A DNA stretch of 64,000 bases from Candidatus Kapaibacterium sp. (GTDB taxonomy: Bacteria; Bacteroidota; Ignavibacteria; Kapaibacteriales; UBA2268), in assembly GCA_026418625.1 (NCBI GenBank), contig JAOABA010000015.1:11017-75016 (forward strand). Reading direction: 5' to 3'. Both the position numbers and the translations under genes were made by a program. Shown here in pieces: positions 10,015 through 19,599 of the stretch. The notes under the pieces were generated by a model. The model had not been told where the DNA came from, ran no database searches, and saw only the letters and a program-made list of their open reading frames with translations. The stretch's first letter is position 1. Each line of letters opens with the position of its first letter.

Positions 10015-11310
10015 ATGAAAGTTAATTCAAAATATAGATTTGTTCCTTCGAATGGAAAAAATCAATTAAAAAATAATGAAGTAATTTATTCAAAAACTAT
10101 TCTTCCAAACGGATTGAAAATTATTTCGGAAGAAATAAAAACAGCAAGCACATTTGCACTTGGTATTTTTATTAATGCTGGTTCAAATCGTGATTACAAA
10201 AATCGTGATGGTTTAGCCCATTTCGTTGAGCATGCCTCCTTCAGAAAAACAAGAAAAATTTCAGGAAGAAAACTGAACACAGCCTTTGAATCAATCGGTG
10301 CTTATACAAACGCTTTTACCACAAAAGAAGTTACCTGCTATTATGTTAGAGCTATGCAAGAGCATTTTAAGCCTTGTGTTAGATTATTATCAGAAATAAT
10401 TCTCTATCCTGTTTATCTCGATAAAGACATTGAAAAAGAGAGAGCCATAATAATGGAAGAGATTAAATCCTATGAAGATGAGCCTGAAGAAGTCATTTTT
10501 GATTATGGAGACATAACATTATTCGACAAGCACCCTTTATCTCATCCTATTGTTGGAAATCAGAAATCAGTCAAACAAATTCTTTCAATTGATATACAAA
10601 ATTTTCATAATCAGTTTTATTCACCCAATAACATAGTCATTTCTTATGCCGGACCGCTTGAACATAATAAATTAGTGGATATAGTGTGGCAGTTCTTTTA
10701 TAATTCACCCAAAAACGAAAACGACTTTACCGAAATTTTAGATTTCTCTAATTTAGGGAAAGAGCCCACCACAAGAATATACAAAAAAAGGTTTAACCAA
10801 ACTCATTTACTTTTGAATAGAGCAGTTGAAGGAATGAATTCAAATGACCGGTATAAAATTTCAGCCCTCAACTTCATTCTTGGCGAAGGATTAAGCTCAC
10901 GTTTGCATAAAAAACTGAGAGAAGATAAAAGCTTGGTTTATACTGTTTACTCATCTCTTCAGCTTTTTAAAACTATTGGTTCTCTATCAATTTATGCTGC
11001 TGGAGAGAAAAATAAATATGAGGAAATAAAATCTAACATCGAAAATGAGCTTAATAATTTAGCTGAAAATGGCATTACCAAACTTGAATTGAAAATTGCC
11101 AAAGAACAACTAAAATCGAATACCATTATGGCATTGGAAAGCCTTTCAGCCAGAATACAAAATCTCGCTAAATCCGAATTGACTCTTGGAAGAAATGAGT
11201 CTATTAAAGAAATTATTGATAATATAGACTCAATAACACAAGATGAATTAAATTATCTTTCAAATATCTATTTTCATCCGGAAAAATGGAATAAAATAAT
11301 TTTTATTTGA
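10015..11310 (+). CDS. M16 family (pitrilysin-like) zinc peptidase
   Basis: Inverted zinc motif GLAHFVEH, NAFTTKEVTCYY and SSRLHKKLRE. Confidence 0.9.
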   Translation: MKVNSKYRFVPSNGKNQLKNNEVIYSKTILPNGLKIISEEIKTASTFALGIFINAGSNRDYKNRDGLAHFVEHASFRKTRKISGRKLNTAFESIGAYTNAFTTKEVTCYYVRAMQEHFKPCVRLLSEIILYPVYLDKDIEKERAIIMEEIKSYEDEPEEVIFDYGDITLFDKHPLSHPIVGNQKSVKQILSIDIQNFHNQFYSPNNIVISYAGPLEHNKLVDIVWQFFYNSPKNENDFTEILDFSNLGKEPTTRIYKKRFNQTHLLLNRAVEGMNSNDRYKISALNFILGEGLSSRLHKKLREDKSLVYTVYSSLQLFKTIGSLSIYAAGEKNKYEEIKSNIENELNNLAENGITKLELKIAKEQLKSNTIMALESLSARIQNLAKSELTLGRNESIKEIIDNIDSITQDELNYLSNIYFHPEKWNKIIFI

Positions 11311-11353
11311 TTTTTTTTGTTATTTTGCTATAAAAATAATTAATGAGGGAAAA

Positions 11354-11944
11354 ATGAATGTTGTCTTGGTTATTATTGTTATGCTTTTTTTATTTATTTC
11401 TTGCAACAATGAAAAAGAAGATAGCATTGAATTAACGCCAGATGAAGCAAAAGAGTATTTAGATTTGGGTGAGGCAATTGTTAAAGAATCTTTTGATAGT
11501 TTGCAGACTAATATTATCCGTGCTATCAAGGAAACAGGAATTAAGGGAGCTTTAAAATACTGCAGTTTGAATGCTCATCCTATTATCTATCATCTTGAAA
11601 AGAAAAAGAATGTTAAAATTCGCAGAGCCAGTCAGAAATTTCGTAACCCAGCCAATCAACCTGATAGTATGGAAAATTCTATAATAGATATCTATGCTGA
11701 TTTGTTGAGTAAGGGAGAAAAAACAGAACCAATAATTAGAACTGTTAAAAAAGAGATTCATTACTTTAAACCTATCATTGTAAAAGATTTATGCCTTAAT
11801 TGTCACGGCAAAGTTGGTGAAGAAATAACAGAGGAAAACTATAAAGTCATTACGGAGTTATATCCTTTGGATAATGCAACGGGTTACAAACAAGGAGATT
11901 TGAGAGGGATTTGGCACATTGTTGCTAAATACACCAAAAAATAA
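11354..11944 (+). CDS. DUF3365 / Tll0287-like c-type heme lipoprotein
   Basis: Lipobox FISC, RNPANQPD, CLNCHG heme-binding motif and GYKQGDLRG. Confidence 0.8.
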   Translation: MNVVLVIIVMLFLFISCNNEKEDSIELTPDEAKEYLDLGEAIVKESFDSLQTNIIRAIKETGIKGALKYCSLNAHPIIYHLEKKKNVKIRRASQKFRNPANQPDSMENSIIDIYADLLSKGEKTEPIIRTVKKEIHYFKPIIVKDLCLNCHGKVGEEITEENYKVITELYPLDNATGYKQGDLRGIWHIVAKYTKK

Positions 11945-13171
11945 CTACTTAAACCTTATCGCTTGGATTGTATTTATTTTGGTTGCTATATATGAGGGAA
12001 TTAACGTTGATATTAGTGCTAATGTTAAAGAAATGATTATTACTGTAATATAATGCCAAATGTCAATGCTAACTGGTAAGGTGTCAAGAAAATAAACTTC
12101 ACCACGTAAATTAATCAAACCAAAATTTTTTTGTAAAAAAGTGAATAATAGTGCGAGAGAACAACCAATAAGATTGCCAATAACTGCTATTGATAAGCCC
12201 TGAAAAATAAAAATTTTAATAATATCTTTCGAAGTAACACCCAATGCTCTGAGAATGCCTATTGAGCGAGTTTTCTCCACTACAGTTATCAGAAGTATAG
12301 TAAGAATATTTGAAACAGCAACTAAACTGATTAATCCCAGCACAATAGGTATAGGGTCTTTTTGTAGTTCAATCCAAGCAAAAGCTGAACTGTTCATTTC
12401 GAAGACTGTTAATGTGTAATATTTGTATCCTATCACAGATTGAATTTTTTCAGATAGAGATTGCACAAGATTCAAGTCGCTTACCATTATTTCCAAAGAT
12501 GTCGCACTATTTTCAGGGATTTGAAAAACTCTATATGCTGTAAAAAAAGGGATGAAAACTATTGCATCATCATATTTAGCAAAACCTGTTTGATAAATTC
12601 CGATTATTTTAAATTTATCAATATCAGGATAGGCGAGGTTTCCAGCGGGTGATTCTCTCATCGAATAAAGAATCAAATTATCACCAATTGATACATTCAA
12701 CTTCTCCGACATTCTTTTGCTAATAACAATTTCTTTAGAAAATTTATCAGAAAATTCAAAAGTCCCCTTAATTAAGTTGGATTTAATATTAGTAATGTCA
12801 TTTTTTGAATCATATCCTTTAATCAGAACTGCTTCCAAAGTATTTTTTGATTTAAGTAAGCCTTGCCTTTCGATAGATGGATGTAGTGAGCTAATTCCGT
12901 GAATGAATCTTCTTAAATTATTAATTATCTCAGGTGTGTTATTAATAATTTTTCTTTCGAATGCATTAACAGTAATATGCGAGTTAAACTTGACAGCATT
13001 TTCAAATAATGCTTTTTCAAATCCTTGCAACACTGACAAAGAAATTATCAAAGCCATTGAGCCCAAAGTAATGCTAATAAGGGCAACAACTCTAACAAAT
13101 CCCAAAAAAGACCTATCTTCTGCTGGCTTAGATAACCTTTTTGAAATAAACTTATAAACTTTAAAATCCAT
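11945..13171 (-). CDS. LolC/E-family ABC transporter permease
   Basis: N-terminal TM, large periplasmic domain, VVEKTRSIGILRALG and three C-terminal TMs. Confidence 0.88.
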   Translation of the reverse strand: MDFKVYKFISKRLSKPAEDRSFLGFVRVVALISITLGSMALIISLSVLQGFEKALFENAVKFNSHITVNAFERKIINNTPEIINNLRRFIHGISSLHPSIERQGLLKSKNTLEAVLIKGYDSKNDITNIKSNLIKGTFEFSDKFSKEIVISKRMSEKLNVSIGDNLILYSMRESPAGNLAYPDIDKFKIIGIYQTGFAKYDDAIVFIPFFTAYRVFQIPENSATSLEIMVSDLNLVQSLSEKIQSVIGYKYYTLTVFEMNSSAFAWIELQKDPIPIVLGLISLVAVSNILTILLITVVEKTRSIGILRALGVTSKDIIKIFIFQGLSIAVIGNLIGCSLALLFTFLQKNFGLINLRGEVYFLDTLPVSIDIWHYITVIIISLTLALISTLIPSYIATKINTIQAIRFK

Positions 13172-13324
13172 AAGTGCAAATTAATAATTCAAAACAAAAA
13201 TTTATACGACCAGAAAAAAATTATTAATTTAGTATTTTAAATGGGTTTAACATCAATATTTATCAATTAAAAACGTAAAATAAGTTTTTATTTTTCAAAA
13301 AATTTAATCTTATTCGAGGTAAAA

Positions 13325-15214
13325 ATGCGCAAATGGCGTATTGAAGACTCTATAGAGCTTTATAACATCAATGGATGGGGACAAAACTACTTTTCAATTA
13401 ACGAAAAAGGAAATGTTGTTGTTACTCCATCATCAAATGGTGTTCAAATTGATTTAAAAGAACTCATTGACGAACTACTCATCAGAGATGTCTCCTTGCC
13501 AGTTCTTTTAAGATTTCCAGATATATTAGATAATAGAATTGAAACAATATCCAGCTGCTTCGATAAAGCTTCGCAGGAATATGGTTTCAAGGGTAGTTAT
13601 TTTAATATTTATCCTATCAAAGTCAATCAGGTTCGTCCCGTTGTCGAAGAGATTATGCGGTATGGGAAGAAGTTTAATATCGGTTTGGAAGCTGGCTCGA
13701 AACCAGAGTTACACGCCGTTTTGGCAATCACTCAAAATCCCGAAGCTTTAATAATTTGTAATGGCTATAAAGACGAAAGTTTTATTGAACTGGCTTTGTT
13801 AGCTCAAAAAATGGGCAAAAGAATTTATCTTGTTGTCGAAAAGCTAAATGAACTCAAACAAATAATTAATATCTCGAAAAGATTAAAAGTTAAACCAAAT
13901 ATCGGTATAAGAATCAAACTCGCAAGTTCAGGAAGCGGAAAATGGGAGGAGTCTGGTGGCGACCAAAGCAAATTCGGTTTGAATGCAAGTGAACTCATTG
14001 AAGCCATTGAAATAGCAAAGAACAATAAAATATTAGACTTAATAAAATTGATACATTTTCATTTAGGCAGTCAAATTACAAATATTCGAAAAATAAAAAA
14101 TGCCTTGCGTGAATGTGCTCAGTTTTATGTTCAAATGAAAAAGCTTGGTTGTGGTGTTGAATTTGTTGATATTGGCGGTGGACTTGGAGTTGATTACGAC
14201 GGAACAAGGTCCTTTTCTCCAAGCAGTATTAATTATTCGATACAAGAATATGTTAATGACGCAATTTATATGCTGCAGGACGCAAGCGATAAGAATAATC
14301 TGCCCCATCCAAATATAATCACTGAATCTGGTAGATCACTTACAGCCCATCATTCTGTCCTCGTCTTTGATGTTTTGGAAACCACAAATATTCCGGAATG
14401 GGACTATAATTATAAGATAACCGATAATGACCACGAAAACGTAAAGGAACTTTATTCTCTGCTTGAAAAATTAACACATACTACTATGTTTGAAACTTGG
14501 CACGATGCCCAACAAATCAGAGAAGACTCACTTGATTTATTTAGCCTTGGAATGATTGATTTAAAGACACGTGCTTTGATTGAAAGACTATTTTGGAGCA
14601 TAGCAAGGGAAGTTTATCAATTAAGTCTTGAATTGAAACATCAACCAGAAGAATATCGCCCTCTATCAAAAATGTTAGCAGATAAATATTTCTGTAATTT
14701 TTCTCTATTTCAATCACTGCCTGACTCTTGGGCAATTGACCAAATATTCCCGATTATGCCGATTCACCGCTTAAACGAAAAACCAACAAGAGTAGGAACC
14801 ATTCAGGATATCACTTGTGATTCCGATGGAAAAATTGATAATTTCATTGGAAGCCGAAACTACTCACACTATCTTCCTTTGCACGAGTTTAAAGAAAGTG
14901 ACCCTTATTACATCGGCGTCTTTCTTGTTGGAGCGTATCAGGAGATTCTTGGCGATTTGCATAATTTATTCGGTGATACTAATGCAGTTCATATTGTTGT
15001 TGAAGACGATGAATATAAGATTAAACAAATAATTGATGGTGAGACTGTTGCTGAAGTCCTTGACTACGTTCAATATAATGCTAAATCTCTGGTTAGAACT
15101 ATGGAGACTTGGGTTACTGCATCAGTTAAGCAAGGAAAAATTACTGCCGAAGAAGGAAAAGAATTCCTTTCCAATTACCGCTCTGGTCTCTATGGATACA
15201 CATATTTGGAGTAA
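13325..15214 (+). CDS. speA: Biosynthetic arginine decarboxylase
   Basis: YPIKVNQ (PLP lysine), GLEAGSKPEL, HFHLGSQI, DIGGGLGVDYDG, DITCDSDG, GAYQEILG. Confidence 0.97.
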   Translation: MRKWRIEDSIELYNINGWGQNYFSINEKGNVVVTPSSNGVQIDLKELIDELLIRDVSLPVLLRFPDILDNRIETISSCFDKASQEYGFKGSYFNIYPIKVNQVRPVVEEIMRYGKKFNIGLEAGSKPELHAVLAITQNPEALIICNGYKDESFIELALLAQKMGKRIYLVVEKLNELKQIINISKRLKVKPNIGIRIKLASSGSGKWEESGGDQSKFGLNASELIEAIEIAKNNKILDLIKLIHFHLGSQITNIRKIKNALRECAQFYVQMKKLGCGVEFVDIGGGLGVDYDGTRSFSPSSINYSIQEYVNDAIYMLQDASDKNNLPHPNIITESGRSLTAHHSVLVFDVLETTNIPEWDYNYKITDNDHENVKELYSLLEKLTHTTMFETWHDAQQIREDSLDLFSLGMIDLKTRALIERLFWSIAREVYQLSLELKHQPEEYRPLSKMLADKYFCNFSLFQSLPDSWAIDQIFPIMPIHRLNEKPTRVGTIQDITCDSDGKIDNFIGSRNYSHYLPLHEFKESDPYYIGVFLVGAYQEILGDLHNLFGDTNAVHIVVEDDEYKIKQIIDGETVAEVLDYVQYNAKSLVRTMETWVTASVKQGKITAEEGKEFLSNYRSGLYGYTYLE

Positions 15215-15217
15215 GCG

Positions 15218-15412
15218 ATGTTGAATAAAATGGACAATCATTCTAAAGCAATCCTTTACGTTGGTATCGGAAACTTTATAGCATTTTTACTTTTTTTAAT
15301 CGCTTATTTCATCACAAAGGAAATGTGGTATTTAATTGCTGCAATAATAAATTTATTAACCATTTTTGTCGTTTTTATGTTAATAAAAACAATGCAAAAT
15401 AAAATAAAGTGA
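15218..15412 (+). CDS. Small two-TM membrane protein
   Basis: 64-aa ORF with two hydrophobic segments, tightly packed between speA and the next gene. Confidence 0.6.
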   Translation: MLNKMDNHSKAILYVGIGNFIAFLLFLIAYFITKEMWYLIAAIINLLTIFVVFMLIKTMQNKIK

Positions 15413-15419
15413 TACTTTT

Positions 15420-16658
15420 ATGAATTATAATGAAAATGAAGATTTTTTACTGCCAAAATTAAGAGAAGACTTGGCTTTTGAGGTAATCGAAAATCAGGAT
15501 GATAAACAAATTATTCTGTATGACCCTAATGGATATGCTAAACAACCAATTCAAATTCCAATATCTCTAATTCCATTATTACAAATGCTTGATGGCTCCT
15601 TTAGAAAAAGCGACATTATTAGAGCTTTAAAGGATGAAAATGATAACCAAATAGAAGAACTAATTGAACCAATTTTTAATTTAGTTTATTTTCTTGATCA
15701 ACTTGGGTTTCTTGAAACAGAAACATATTATAATTTAAAAAATAGCTTGGATGAATACTTAAACTCACCAGTCAGAAAGCCAGTTTGTGCGGGAAATACT
15801 TATAGCGACGATCCTAATCATTTAAGGGCTCAACTAAGAGCATTAATGAACACTCGAAATTCTGATAATATCAGGACAGGTGCAAAAATGATTATTGTGC
15901 CGCATATTGATTTCAGAGTTGGAATTGGTGCTTTAAAAACCTACGCTGCTGCTTATCATTCTATCAAAAATGAAAATCCCGAATTGATTGTGATTTTTGG
16001 AACTTCGCATTATGCATCAAGTGATTATTTTATGTTTACTCGCAAAAATTTTGAAACTCCTCTTGGAGTCGTTCAAACTGACAATGATGTGATTGAAAAA
16101 TTAATTGAACTTAGTAATGGAAATATCAAAATTGACGATTTAGCTCACAAAGATGAGCATTCCATTGAACTTCAACTTGTTATTTTGCAATATCTTTTTG
16201 GTGATAAATTTAAAATTCTGCCAGTTCTTGTTGGTTCTTTTCATAATTTTATCTATAGCGCCTCACTTCCGAAAGATGATGAGCATTTCAATAATCTCAT
16301 TAACTATTTAAAAGAAGCCATTGAAAAAACCGGCAAGAAGACTATTTTCGTAGCAAGCGTTGATTTCGCTCATATCGGTCGAAAATTTGGAGATGATTTC
16401 GATGCTGCACCTGAACTTGAAATTTTAAAAGAGGAAGACAAAGTGCTTATTAATCATTTAATTCACTTTGAAACTGACGAATTTTTTAAAACTGTGGCTA
16501 AAAATAAAGATCAAAGAAAAATATGTGGGCTATCTCCAATTTATTCCATTATGCAGATGAACAAATTGAAAGAAGGAAAATTCTTGGAATACAGTCAATG
16601 GAATGAAACTGAAACAAAATCTGCTGTTTCTTTTGCCAGTCTTGCTTTTTATGAATAA
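15420..16658 (+). CDS. AmmeMemoRadiSam system protein B (MEMO1 family) with N-terminal extension
   Basis: RKPVCAG..Y, VPHID, GTSH, ETPLG, EHSIELQL, SVDFAH.G and ICG..P motifs of the MEMO family, plus ~110 extra N-terminal residues. Confidence 0.88.
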   Translation: MNYNENEDFLLPKLREDLAFEVIENQDDKQIILYDPNGYAKQPIQIPISLIPLLQMLDGSFRKSDIIRALKDENDNQIEELIEPIFNLVYFLDQLGFLETETYYNLKNSLDEYLNSPVRKPVCAGNTYSDDPNHLRAQLRALMNTRNSDNIRTGAKMIIVPHIDFRVGIGALKTYAAAYHSIKNENPELIVIFGTSHYASSDYFMFTRKNFETPLGVVQTDNDVIEKLIELSNGNIKIDDLAHKDEHSIELQLVILQYLFGDKFKILPVLVGSFHNFIYSASLPKDDEHFNNLINYLKEAIEKTGKKTIFVASVDFAHIGRKFGDDFDAAPELEILKEEDKVLINHLIHFETDEFFKTVAKNKDQRKICGLSPIYSIMQMNKLKEGKFLEYSQWNETETKSAVSFASLAFYE

Positions 16659-16668
16659 ATATTGAAAA

Positions 16669-18015
16669 CTACTTTGCTACAATCACAATTTCGGTTCTTC
16701 GATTGAGGCGTCGCCCAAATTCCGTATCATTATCAGCGATAGGTTTTCTTTTTCCATAACCAGTAGTTTGAATTCTGTTTGCTTTTATACCTTTTTTGAG
16801 CAGGTAACGTTTAACGCTCTCAGCTCTTTCGAGCGAAAGTCTGTCATTAAGAGCGTGGCTGCCTCTGTTATCAGTATGACCTTCTACTAATATTACCACA
16901 CTCGGTTTATTCTTCATAAATTCAGTAAGAACTTCTAATTCTGGCACTGAATCAGATAAAGCTGCGCTATTTGTTTCGTAAAGCAAGTTCTCAATAATCA
17001 ATTTTCTTCCAAGTTCAACTATTGGAATTGTCTTTCGAACAAGTTCCTTTCTTTTCTCATTAAGCAGTGCAATATTGATAGAATCAGGTATTGCTGGTTT
17101 GGAAGTTTTGTATTTTATAGCATAAAGATTTGTTAATTGAGAAGAGAAATTATCCAAAATGGTTGAAAATGGATAGTCAATATCATAATTCCTGCCTCTT
17201 GTTTTTTCTGAAATAAGCTTATAATCCTTTAGTTTTGGGGGCGTTATTGTAAAAATTCTGTAATCATTATTGACCATCTCTTTGATAATAGCCGAGGTTG
17301 TATAAAAAGTTTGTCCATCACCCTTTTCACCTGCTTGATGATATGGAGCGTCGGTTATCAATATACCAACCCTATTAGCAGCAGGTCTGAATTGTATATT
17401 TCTTAATTCTCTCAAAGCCTCCAAAGCATTTTCTTTCTCATCTCCACCTCCAGATGCCCTAACAGGGTTTAACCAAGATAGAAATGTAACCACATTATCA
17501 GTCAGTTGAAAAGTTTTTTCAACGTAATCAGAAAAAAGAATAAGTCCCAAACGATAATCTATCCCACGCCTTATTAGATTTGTAGCAAAATTTGAAATAT
17601 AGTTTTTTACAGCATCAATATGCTTCTGCATTGAACCGGTGATATCAATAATAAAAACAAAATCAACTGGCACTCTCTCGTTGACTGATATTTTTTCGAC
17701 AGATAAAATTTCTTTCTCTTCGTTATTTTCCATCACCTTAAGACTTCGTGGGTAAAGTGTATCCAATGGTTCGCCGGTTTTATTATATGCTTCGACAATT
17801 ATTTTTACTATGGGAAATCGGGCAATGTCAACGTTGCGTATTGTAATTTCAACATTTGATTCTTTATATTTCACCGTTGCCTCTTGTAAAAGTTGCTTTG
17901 CTTTTGCAATAGAGTCCTCGGGTGTTGTTTGAATTGGTTCTTTAGATAATAAATTTAAATTAAAAAATAATATCAAAATAAAAATTAGGATAATATTTGT
18001 TTTTCTTAAATACAT
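16669..18015 (-). CDS. vWA-domain + OmpA-like peptidoglycan-binding protein
   Basis: Signal peptide, MIDAS-like DITGS, GGGDEKENAL, LITDAP and a C-terminal OmpA domain (EGHTDNRG...RAESV...NRRTEI). Confidence 0.88.
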   Translation of the reverse strand: MYLRKTNIILIFILILFFNLNLLSKEPIQTTPEDSIAKAKQLLQEATVKYKESNVEITIRNVDIARFPIVKIIVEAYNKTGEPLDTLYPRSLKVMENNEEKEILSVEKISVNERVPVDFVFIIDITGSMQKHIDAVKNYISNFATNLIRRGIDYRLGLILFSDYVEKTFQLTDNVVTFLSWLNPVRASGGGDEKENALEALRELRNIQFRPAANRVGILITDAPYHQAGEKGDGQTFYTTSAIIKEMVNNDYRIFTITPPKLKDYKLISEKTRGRNYDIDYPFSTILDNFSSQLTNLYAIKYKTSKPAIPDSINIALLNEKRKELVRKTIPIVELGRKLIIENLLYETNSAALSDSVPELEVLTEFMKNKPSVVILVEGHTDNRGSHALNDRLSLERAESVKRYLLKKGIKANRIQTTGYGKRKPIADNDTEFGRRLNRRTEIVIVAK

Positions 18016-18063
18016 TTTTTATAACGATTTAATTATGAAAGAAAATTAATATTTTTAATAAAT

Positions 18064-18096
18064 GAAAACCCTCTGAGTAATTAAATTATCAGAGGG
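18064..18096 (-). terminator. Terminator-like hairpin after the 481-aa gene
   Basis: CCCTCTGA...TCAGAGGG stem (18069-18096), followed by TTTTC when read on the minus strand. Confidence 0.55.
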
Positions 18097-18126
18097 CAAT
18101 CTTACATATTCTACATTATTCTTATA

Positions 18127-19572
18127 TTATATTGTCAATCTTAAAACTGGTGAAATCATAAAGAAATTCTTTGTTTCATAAGGTCTCAAACCTCTTAAAG
18201 GTGTTGAATGCTTGCCCTCGAGATAGAGCCAATTACCAAACAAAGGTATATAAATTCTACTTAATAATATCTGATTGGAATACTGCATACTAAAGCCAAA
18301 GGGCCAAGTTGATTGACTTCTGTATTCAGCTTTGAGAAAAACCCAATCTCCAAATTCGTTTGGTTTATAAGTATTTAGTCCTGTTAACCCATAAGGAGTC
18401 AAAAACTTATCATTATATAAACCAACTTCTCTGACCTCTGAATAAGAAATACCAACATCAAATCTAATATAATGCTCTGGATTTGGTTTGTGTTTATCAA
18501 TCCACCAGTTGTAAAATACAGTAGCTTGCCCAGTTGAACGAAGTAGTGGAACTATTCCATCAAGTCTTCCTTTTTCTTCACCTTCCCATAGAACATCATC
18601 TCTGACAGGGGTAAAACCATAATCACCGGGTTTAATAATTTCATCTTGCATCTCTCTTAACACAATTTCTGTATTAATATGGACTCCAACCAAAGGATAA
18701 AAAGGCATATAAAAATCTAAGCCGGCAACTAATTTTCCACCCGGTCCCTGATTCAGAACTCTTGAAGAAACCCAATTAAGTATTGTTCCCTTATTGTCAA
18801 TTCCACCTGTAATCCTATAAGCACCGCCTAAATAAGCATCAATCAAAAATGGAATACCTTTGCTTGTGGCTGGATCGTAATTAACATAAAGTGGTCGTTT
18901 CAATACTACTTTTGATTCTCCTGCTGACCAGAAAGGATAACCAATATCATCGGTCCCAATCATATTTTTCAGCCAAAAGCCTGTTTCCCCAATTTTCAAA
19001 GCCTGATCAAAAAGGGATAGCGTAAATGCGTGATCAACATTTGTTGGGTATAGATAGCTAACTATAGTTGCTGCCTGAGTTTCTGTTACAGGAATCTCTG
19101 GTGGAATATCCTGATAACAGTAATCTCGTTTAAAATCATTTTTACCTTTTTTATAACTTGCAAATGCATATGACCCATTCAACATATTTATTAAATTCAC
19201 ACCTAAATTTGCATCCATTTCGGAAGAATTCATACTGACTTTTCCACAGGAAATCAGTAATAATTCATAAGGATTGGATTCAGGATATGGATTAGGCGCT
19301 GATAGTATTTCTATCTCTGACATATTTAATAACTTTTCATTATAACCTAAGAGTTGAAAAGCTCGATAGATTTGAATTTGCAAATCAGTTTCACAAACTC
19401 TCCACCTTGGAAAATACTTTCTGATTTCAGGGTCAATTGTTGTTAATGAATCAATTATGGCTTTTCTGTCAAATGATTGAGCTTTTGAAAAACTTACAAA
19501 TGACAATAATAACAAAACTAAAAATAATATCTTTTTCATATTTATATGCCTGTTAATCCTTTGAATTTTCAT
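18127..19572 (-). CDS. Uncharacterised exported protein, predicted outer-membrane beta-barrel; paralogue of 19600..21327
   Basis: Signal peptide (likely start MKKILFL) and amphipathic aromatic-rich beta strands in the C-terminal part. Shares motifs with its neighbour. Confidence 0.6.
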   Translation of the reverse strand: MKIQRINRHINMKKILFLVLLLLSFVSFSKAQSFDRKAIIDSLTTIDPEIRKYFPRWRVCETDLQIQIYRAFQLLGYNEKLLNMSEIEILSAPNPYPESNPYELLLISCGKVSMNSSEMDANLGVNLINMLNGSYAFASYKKGKNDFKRDYCYQDIPPEIPVTETQAATIVSYLYPTNVDHAFTLSLFDQALKIGETGFWLKNMIGTDDIGYPFWSAGESKVVLKRPLYVNYDPATSKGIPFLIDAYLGGAYRITGGIDNKGTILNWVSSRVLNQGPGGKLVAGLDFYMPFYPLVGVHINTEIVLREMQDEIIKPGDYGFTPVRDDVLWEGEEKGRLDGIVPLLRSTGQATVFYNWWIDKHKPNPEHYIRFDVGISYSEVREVGLYNDKFLTPYGLTGLNTYKPNEFGDWVFLKAEYRSQSTWPFGFSMQYSNQILLSRIYIPLFGNWLYLEGKHSTPLRGLRPYETKNFFMISPVLRLTI

Positions 19573-19599
19573 TGTTTTAGCTCTTTAATTGTGGTCAAT

